DNA of 64,000 nucleotides from Mycoplasma sp. CAG:776 (GTDB lineage Bacteria; Bacillota_I; Bacilli_A; RF39; UBA660): NCBI GenBank assembly GCA_000438195.1, contig FR903066.1, positions 55,922 to 119,921 of the forward strand, read 5' to 3'. Shown piece by piece: positions 8,946 to 15,608 of this stretch (position 1 is its first letter; each line of letters starts with the position of its first letter). The notes under the pieces were generated by a model. It saw only the letters and a program-made list of their open reading frames with translations, ran no database searches and was not told where the DNA came from. The position numbers and the translations under genes were made by a program.

Positions 8946-9916
8946 TTTTTCTTCCTCCTACATAATAACGTTAATCCTAAAAAAAGAACAACAACCAAAA
9001 CAAAAACAACTTCATAAGGAATATTAAATGTTTCAATTTCCTCTTTCTCTAAAAAAACAGATTCTGTCGTAACAACATCATTTACAGGAATTTCATAATT
9101 TTGATTAACTGTATCAATAATAGTTAACGTATCAATTAAATTATAAGGTAAATCATCTATTCGTTCCGCCCCTAAAGTAATGAGGATCATTTCATGATCT
9201 TCGTGATAAAACAAAGCCGACATACAAAGACCCGCCAGATCAGTATTACCCGTTTTACTACCAATAATTTTTGAAGTATCTAAATTTAAAACTTGATTAT
9301 ACTTCTGTACACTAGCTTCCACTTTAAGTCCATTAGTTAAAGTATATTCTTTTGTTGTATAAACTTCTTTAAACATAGAATTTTGTAAAGCATAATCTAA
9401 AATCAACATTTGATCATAAGCTGTAGAATAAGCACCATCTTGATCAAGACCAGTGGTATTCACATAATGCGTATTTTTTACTCCAATTTTTTTAGCTAGT
9501 TCATTCATTTTATAAACAAAAGTATCCACACTTCCGCTTACTGTATAAGCAAGAACTTGTGTTGCATCAGCTCCACTAGGAAGAATTGCTGCATAAAGTA
9601 AATCTCGATAAGTAACAATATCTCCTACTTTTAAACCAGCCACCGAAGCATTCCAATAAATACCAGCAAGCATTTCATTGGTAATTGTAACATTTGTACT
9701 AAAATCATCGATATTTTCTATGGCCGTAAGTACAGTCATAATTTTAGTTAAACTAGCAATACTATGTACATTCTGACTATTCTTATCAAATATAACAGTA
9801 TCTGCATCCATATCATAAACAATTACTGCTTCACTGTTCAAATTAGGTATCTCCAAAGCAAAAGCATAAATAGGAAAAAAGCAAAACAAAAACAAAGCTA
9901 TTTTTTTCATAAACAT
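8942..9916 (-). CDS. Serine-type D-Ala-D-Ala carboxypeptidase (S11, DacA/PBP5-like) with C-terminal membrane anchor
   Basis: Signal peptide, SxxK (SLTKIMT), SGAD and KTGNT motifs, and a C-terminal TM plus RRKKK. First gene of a dac-RR-HK operon. An extended -10 TGCTATAAT (9925-9933) lies upstream. Confidence 0.85.
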   Translation of the reverse strand: MFMKKIALFLFCFFPIYAFALEIPNLNSEAVIVYDMDADTVIFDKNSQNVHSIASLTKIMTVLTAIENIDDFSTNVTITNEMLAGIYWNASVAGLKVGDIVTYRDLLYAAILPSGADATQVLAYTVSGSVDTFVYKMNELAKKIGVKNTHYVNTTGLDQDGAYSTAYDQMLILDYALQNSMFKEVYTTKEYTLTNGLKVEASVQKYNQVLNLDTSKIIGSKTGNTDLAGLCMSALFYHEDHEMILITLGAERIDDLPYNLIDTLTIIDTVNQNYEIPVNDVVTTESVFLEKEEIETFNIPYEVVFVLVVVLFLGLTLLCRRKKK

Positions 9917-9996
9917 CCTTCTTTACACTTTTCTATTATAGCATATATAAAAAGAATTTATTGTCAAATTTTCACAGAAATAAACACTTAATAATA

Positions 9997-10407
9997 CTAA
10001 TATTCAAACTTATCATAATAATTCCAAATCCCTAATTTTCCTTTTGCATTTATAGGTTCTCTTAATGGTTCAATATCTTTCAAAATCCAAGCATATCTAC
10101 CTTCTTTATATTCTCCACAAATATACTCTTGATAATGATTATTTTTCATATCATCTACATATTCTTGAGTCATATAAACACAATCAACTAAGGTACACTT
10201 ACAAATAATATAACCATACAAAAACTCTTCTGTTCCTAATAAATCTAAAAGGTCTCCTCTTTCTCTTGTACTTTTATCTATTTTAGTTATACTAGCATGT
10301 ATATAAAGTTCTCCTCGATAATTAGTTTTCCAGCTTCTTGTTTCAATAAATTTTTTCTTATCTTTAATTAAAGTTGCCCACGGTTCTCTTAAACTTAACA
10401 CTTTCAT
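9997..10407 (-). CDS. ASCH (PUA-like) domain protein
   Basis: MKVLSLREPWATLIKDKKKFIETRSW...GELYIHAS is typical of ASCH domains. The track ORF starts at a TTG (10452) and adds a hydrophobic stretch; I prefer ATG 10407, preceded by GGTGA. Confidence 0.7.
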   Translation of the reverse strand: MKVLSLREPWATLIKDKKKFIETRSWKTNYRGELYIHASITKIDKSTRERGDLLDLLGTEEFLYGYIICKCTLVDCVYMTQEYVDDMKNNHYQEYICGEYKEGRYAWILKDIEPLREPINAKGKLGIWNYYDKFEY

Positions 10408-10490
10408 CAATATCACCAACAAAATAATAGCAAAAATAATAATGAACTTCAAATAAAAATACCCTTAAAAAAGTATTTTATCAAACTTAT

Positions 10491-10613
10491 TTACAAAGCA
10501 TATCTTTAATACCATCTTCCATATTTATTTTTGTAGAAATAATATATTTTGTCTTAATTTTATGAGATACTACATTTGTAACAATTTTTATTGCTCTAGC
10601 ACCATCCGGAACT
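10491..10613 (-). pseudogene. Orphan C-terminal gene fragment (about 40 codons) abutting the MITE-like element
   Basis: Minus-strand frame reads PDGARAIKIVTNVVSHKIKTKYIISTKINMEDGIKDMLCK* with no start. The frame is cut exactly at the inverted-repeat end at 10611. Identity unknown. Confidence 0.3.
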
Positions 10614-10973
10614 TAAACAGTTTTAAAAACTTAAAATCCAGCAATCCTTTATGAAATAGGGATTTTTTTGTCAAATTTTACATTTTTATATTGCGTACAA
10701 TGTTATAATGGTTATATCAAAGGTTGTGATTATATATGCATATTAAAACAATCAAATCAAAAAATACTCTCCATTGTTCCATTATCAAGGACATTTAACT
10801 AATAATTTACATGAAAAATTTGGCTTTAAAACAGACTTTAAAGTTATAAGTAAAAAAATTTGTAAATCAATTAAAAAATAGAAATTGTACGCATTTTTTT
10901 ACAAACAAAAATCTCTCTAAAACCTTATAAATAGAGACTTAAGAAGATTTTACTTTCTCAAAACTGTTTAAGT
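10611..10973. mobile_element. MITE-like / internally deleted IS remnant (363 bp)
   Basis: Perfect 14-bp terminal inverted repeats ACTTAAACAGTTTT (10611-10624) and AAAACTGTTTAAGT (10960-10973). They extend into about 90 bp of imperfect TIRs with an inner 10-bp match TGCGTACAAT (10692-10701 versus 10884-10893). Inside are TATAAT (10703-10708) and a 20-codon stub MHIKTIKSKNTLHCSIIKDI* (10736-10798) that looks like a transposase N-terminus. No target-site duplication seen. Confidence 0.55.
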
Positions 10974-11130
10974 TGAAATTATACTATATTTCAGCATTTT
11001 TCAATATAGCAATACTTCAAATTTTTAAATTTAGTTTTATCTATTTGTTATTTAAATATTTAATTTACTAAATTCTTTATAATGTACTAAAATACCATAT
11101 ACAGTAAATCCAGAGGTAGAAAATGTACAT

Positions 11131-11418
11131 CTAGATTATTTTAAAAGGATTTCGTATAGTGTACTCATAGTAAATTTTTCCATCTTTCCTTCTTTTTTCA
11201 ATTATGTCTGAGTAACAAAACTCTTTTAATTCTTTAATTACATTTCTAATAGTTGTTTTTCTTTCAATGCATATACTATTTAACCCATTAAACGAACATT
11301 TCCATTCATCTGGTAGAGATAACATCATAGATAGTAATCCTTTTGCTCTTAAACTTAATCTTTTATCTTTAAAATGATAATCACTCATAACAGTATAATC
11401 TTTCTCCTTTTCTTGCAA
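11131..11418 (-). CDS. Small winged-HTH DNA-binding protein (mobile-element type)
   Basis: ...LSLRAKGLLSMMLSLPDEWKCSFNGLNSICIERKTTIRNVIKELKEF... is the pattern of HTH modules found at the N-termini of plasmid/phage replication-organiser proteins. The start is uncertain (TTG 11418 or ATG 11388). A hairpin plus T-run (about 11425-11450) separates it from the Fic gene. Confidence 0.55.
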   Translation of the reverse strand: MQEKEKDYTVMSDYHFKDKRLSLRAKGLLSMMLSLPDEWKCSFNGLNSICIERKTTIRNVIKELKEFCYSDIIEKRRKDGKIYYEYTIRNPFKII

Positions 11419-11460
11419 ACAAAAAAAGTTTATGCTTCTAACACAAACTTCTATCCTTTT

Positions 11461-12273
11461 TTATATTTTTAAATCATCTTTATTTAAATCATTATTTTTA
11501 TTTAATAACAAGTTTTCAAAAAACATATTTAAATATTTTTTTGTTTCTTTAACACCTACAGAATAATTAGTATAATTAGCTCTTACTAAAGCATTTCTAA
11601 AATATAAAGCATTGTCTTTAAATAATTCATTATTAATATTAAATCCCATACTAATTAAATATTTTTGAATAAATACAGCAGTTGTCCTAGTATTTCCTTC
11701 TTGAAATGGATGCACTTGCCAAATTCTAGATGTAAATTCTGTAATTCGATCAATTAATTCTTCTTCACTAAACTTAGAATAATCAATATCTTTTTCTTCA
11801 TTAAAATCATATTTTAAAGTTTCTTCAATTAAATCATAAGATTGATATTGAACTGTATCTCCTTTTAATACTGGCTCATCTTTTGTAAAATTGTAATTTC
11901 TAAAATTCCCAGGATTATATTTTTCTTTATCTAAATTAATAAATAATCTTTTGTGATAATTCTTTAAAGTAAGGAAATCAAATCTAAATGATTTATCACT
12001 TAATATCTCATATATAGCAGTTGCAACTTCATCGGCTTCTTCTTCATCATTATCTTCATGATTATCTTTATTTTTACTATAATAAGAAGTTATTTCATTT
12101 TGAACTTGCACATAAGTCTTTTTACCACTTATATGTTCTTCAGATAAATCTTTCATATATTGTGATGGTTTTAATCCATCAACATCTTGAAGTCCAAAAG
12201 CTATGTCCCAGTATAATTGTTTTACTTTGGGATTACTTTCTTCTTGAACTCTATCATAAGTTATTTCGTCCAT
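11461..12273 (-). CDS. Fic/DOC-family protein with non-canonical active-site motif
   Basis: Fic core HPFQEGNTRTTA versus canonical HxFx(D/E)GNGRxxR: Gly is replaced by Thr and the final Arg by Ala. The N-terminal segment AFGLQDVDGLKPSQYMKDLSEEHISGKK resembles a VbhA-type inhibitory helix but lacks the [S/T]xxxE[G/N] glutamate. Confidence 0.8.
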   Translation of the reverse strand: MDEITYDRVQEESNPKVKQLYWDIAFGLQDVDGLKPSQYMKDLSEEHISGKKTYVQVQNEITSYYSKNKDNHEDNDEEEADEVATAIYEILSDKSFRFDFLTLKNYHKRLFINLDKEKYNPGNFRNYNFTKDEPVLKGDTVQYQSYDLIEETLKYDFNEEKDIDYSKFSEEELIDRITEFTSRIWQVHPFQEGNTRTTAVFIQKYLISMGFNINNELFKDNALYFRNALVRANYTNYSVGVKETKKYLNMFFENLLLNKNNDLNKDDLKI

Positions 12274-12316
12274 AGAATTACCTCCTTTTTGTTATATCTA
12301 TTATATCAAAAATCTC

Positions 12317-13330
12317 TCAACAAATCATTACTTTTTCTTTAATATTTTCTTCTAATTCTATAGATAAATTAGTTAGTATTTCCTTACTACAATCAGGTTT
12401 AACTCTGTTTTTTGATTTGCTTTCAATAAGATCAAAAATTTCATTTCTATCTTTTTTTGACATTCTATTTTCGATTAAACTTATCCATGCATGTTCAAAA
12501 TAATTACAAGCCATAAAAATTAATTTCAAATTATTATCATTAGTTGCAAAAAAATATTCCCCTTCCAAATTATGTTGAATATTATCTAAAGATGATAAAT
12601 ATTGTATATCCCAAGCTTGATTTTTACATCCCTTTATAATTTTTTCGTAATTTTTAGATTTGATATTTTTAGGTGCTTTTATAGTTTTGTAATTTGTAAA
12701 TAATAATATCGCATAAGTAATATCATACTTTGATAATTGTAAACGATCATAATACCAATCTAAATATGTCAAAATTTTATCTTTAATAGACAATTCACTT
12801 AAATATATTTCTGCAATCTTTAATATAGAGCAATAACTATTCATATATAAATCACTCTTTATTTTATAATTTGCATGCCTATGAAATCCATTTGGAATAT
12901 CAATTGGCTTAAACTCATAGTTTCCAGTCATTAATTTGTTTTTAAACACCATAGTTGGTATCACTGAAAGGTAAGTCAAAATTTTATTTAATTGATTTAT
13001 AGCAATATCATTTTCTTTAAAATCCGCATATTCACATATAGACAATCCAATATTATATTGCAAACTATTTATATTACAAAATAATAAAAAAAATAAAATC
13101 ATAATCATATCAAATTCAGAATTTAGTTTACCTTTACTAAAGTAATCAAAAATCATCGAAGTCATATTTCTATCTAATATAATAACTTTCTCCTTTTTAT
13201 CTTCTAAAAATTCTTCATAATGTTCAAACTTTCCCTCTTTAAAATAATATGGATGAAAAATAATTTGAAAATCATTTACTATATCAAATATATCTTGTAA
13301 TTCGTTATCCTCTAATAATATAAAATCCAT
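12317..13330 (-). CDS. Hypothetical 337-aa protein (orphan; weak PIN-like acidic motifs)
   Basis: Long clean ORF. I prefer the start MDFILLEDNE (ATG 13330, GGTGG upstream) over the track start at 13369. No family recognised by eye. VIILDRNMTS, NQAWDIQYL and FFATNDNNL loosely resemble PIN-type acidic strands. Confidence 0.6.
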   Translation of the reverse strand: MDFILLEDNELQDIFDIVNDFQIIFHPYYFKEGKFEHYEEFLEDKKEKVIILDRNMTSMIFDYFSKGKLNSEFDMIMILFFLLFCNINSLQYNIGLSICEYADFKENDIAINQLNKILTYLSVIPTMVFKNKLMTGNYEFKPIDIPNGFHRHANYKIKSDLYMNSYCSILKIAEIYLSELSIKDKILTYLDWYYDRLQLSKYDITYAILLFTNYKTIKAPKNIKSKNYEKIIKGCKNQAWDIQYLSSLDNIQHNLEGEYFFATNDNNLKLIFMACNYFEHAWISLIENRMSKKDRNEIFDLIESKSKNRVKPDCSKEILTNLSIELEENIKEKVMIC

Positions 13331-13592
13331 CTTTACCACCACATAAATTATACCATTTAAAATGAACATTTCACATTGTATTAAAACACTTTATAAAAAT
13401 AAAATTTATTATTCAAATTATAATTACATTATTATATTACTCTTGTACCTACAAAACATCAATTTGTGGAACAAAAGTAATTTTAAATTACCGTAATTCA
13501 GGAAACTTATGAACAATTATACAGAATAACTTTAATCGCCAAATATGTATCTCCTCCTTGTAATGTTCAAAATGTAATTAATTATTTTTAAA

Positions 13593-15245
13593 CTAATCTA
13601 TATAGTTCCAAGAAAGTATCTCATTTTCAACTTTTTCAACTGTTTTCCCTAAATCATATACATCTTTAAAGTCTTCCCAATTTGATTCATTTAATATATT
13701 TCTTGCAAATTCAGTTTTGTCTCGTAAAAATTTATTACCTTCACCATTTTTTAATTTATCAATAAATTCTTCTATATTTTGAAACCTACCGAATTTTGCT
13801 CTACATTTCTCTCTACCATAATATTTTTTTAGTAATTTTTCAGGAATATAATTTTCTATTTCCCTACCCTTTGTTACCCATATTAATATTCCATTTTTTT
13901 TAGCTTCATATAATAATCTTTTTTTAGTTTTATTTAATGAACTATTAATATTTTTTTTGTCACTATCTAAAATTATAATAGCATGTCGATTCACATTCAT
14001 TAAATTAATTAATTCTTCTTCTTCTTTTAAACTAAGGTGAGATAAAAGTCTTCCTCCATAGAATACACATTGATAATCTTTACCTTCTCTTAATTCTCCT
14101 AAACTGATCATTTCTAACCATTTATTAATATAAATTCTATCAGAAGGCCCTTCAACCCAAATAATCCCATTCGATTGTAATAGATCACTAGCTTTAACTC
14201 CTAAATCATTTAATATTGAATTTTTTTGGATTTTATTAGTAATATTATGAATTATTACTTCATTATTATCTTTTTGAAGATGGAATATATTTATTAAATC
14301 ACTATTTTGATAAGCATCTAAAGTGACATTTGAATGAGTAGTAAGAAAAAATATAGCACCATCATTTGTTAATTCTTCTAAATATTTTAATAATCTCCTC
14401 TGCAAAGATGGATGTAAATTATTTTCTAACTCTTCAAATAAAAATATATAATTTGATATATTCTTTCCTTCTACGCTAGGAATTAAAATAGTATAAACAA
14501 GGACCATTAAAATAGTCTTCAATCCACTTCCTGAATTTGATAATGCAATTCTTCCTTTTCCTTCTTCTCTTAAAAAAATTTCCCATTTTGTACTAGATTC
14601 CGTATCAATTTGTTGGGTTATAATTTCTGTAAAAGTTATATCTTCGCCCATTATGTCATTCAATTTGCTAAGAAGTTTATCTCTAACCAAACTTTCATCA
14701 TACTGATTCCTATTTAGAAAGTTTGTTATTATTCTTGTAACACCATTACCATTAGAATCAACTTCCATTATATTATCATTACTTTCAGGAAAAATATTTC
14801 TTTCCGCTAAAATTCTTTTCGTAATTTTTGGCTCTATCTTTACTTTTTCTGAAATAGTACTCCATTTAGATATATGTTCTATAGGAAGCTCTTTATTATA
14901 CAATTCAAAATCACTGACTACTTGATTTTTTTTATTTAACTTTTGAAATGTAATTGTTTTTCCAATAAATTGTTTTCCATATTCATAATGATTGCCATTA
15001 ATTGAACCATTATAAATAGACGGATCAAATACGCTTTTAACTAAATCATCACTAATAATTTTAGTTAGAAAAATTCTTTCCTTAGTACCTATTGTTTTCG
15101 AACCATAAATCATTTCTAAAATATCTAAAATACTTGATTTACCAATATTATTTTTTCCAATAATAATATTAATGGGTTTTAAGCACCCTAGCTCAACGTT
15201 TTGAAAGCATTTGTAATCTATTACTTGAATTTTTTCTATATCCAT
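13593..15245 (-). CDS. OLD-family nuclease: N-terminal ABC-type ATPase fused to C-terminal Toprim domain
   Basis: Walker A GKNNIGKSS, signature-like LSNSGSGLKT, Walker B FLFEELENNLHP, H-loop LTTHS. These are followed by Toprim-type IIWVEGPSDRIYI, IILDSDKK and GREIENYIP. Confidence 0.8.
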   Translation of the reverse strand: MDIEKIQVIDYKCFQNVELGCLKPINIIIGKNNIGKSSILDILEMIYGSKTIGTKERIFLTKIISDDLVKSVFDPSIYNGSINGNHYEYGKQFIGKTITFQKLNKKNQVVSDFELYNKELPIEHISKWSTISEKVKIEPKITKRILAERNIFPESNDNIMEVDSNGNGVTRIITNFLNRNQYDESLVRDKLLSKLNDIMGEDITFTEIITQQIDTESSTKWEIFLREEGKGRIALSNSGSGLKTILMVLVYTILIPSVEGKNISNYIFLFEELENNLHPSLQRRLLKYLEELTNDGAIFFLTTHSNVTLDAYQNSDLINIFHLQKDNNEVIIHNITNKIQKNSILNDLGVKASDLLQSNGIIWVEGPSDRIYINKWLEMISLGELREGKDYQCVFYGGRLLSHLSLKEEEELINLMNVNRHAIIILDSDKKNINSSLNKTKKRLLYEAKKNGILIWVTKGREIENYIPEKLLKKYYGREKCRAKFGRFQNIEEFIDKLKNGEGNKFLRDKTEFARNILNESNWEDFKDVYDLGKTVEKVENEILSWNYID

Positions 15246-15448
15246 TTAACACCTCACTACTAAATATAAATAGTTTACGCATTTTTATGCTTGATTATCT
15301 AATCTTTATTGTTTTCATTCAATTCGTAAGCATTTTTAAATTTAATTATTTCCTTACTAAATTTTTTATACCTACATATATTTGACAAAATCTCCAAATA
15401 ATCTTATAACAATACAATTTGTTATTATTTTAAATTTACAATGCAATA

Positions 15449-15566
15449 CTAGTTATTTTCAATTATATTTTCTAATTCAAAATCAAATAAAGCATTAGCA
15501 AGAGATTCTGCCAATTTTGGAACAACGGCATTACCATATCTATTATATCTTATTTCATTTAAAATA
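15449..15566 (-). pseudogene. Remnant of the C-terminus of a DNA (cytosine-5) methyltransferase
   Basis: Minus-strand frame reads ILNEIRYNRYGNAVVPKLAESLANALFDFELENIIENN* with TAG at 15449-15451. GNAVVP is C5-MTase motif X. Nothing upstream of it survives before the permease gene at 15609. Confidence 0.6.
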
Positions 15567-15608
15567 AAAAGACTATTAACAAAGTTTATTTGTCAACAGC
15601 CTGAAATT

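Noticed and set aside
9764-9991. 75-aa plus-strand ORF overlapping the 5' end of the DD-carboxypeptidase gene.
   Set aside because: It is antisense shadow of a well-supported gene, with a low-complexity Ile/Asn/Lys-rich translation and no SD.
12021-12275. 84-aa plus-strand ORF inside the Fic gene.
   Set aside because: Antisense shadow ORF with His/Leu/Tyr-rich nonsense composition; the minus-strand Fic motif is unambiguous.
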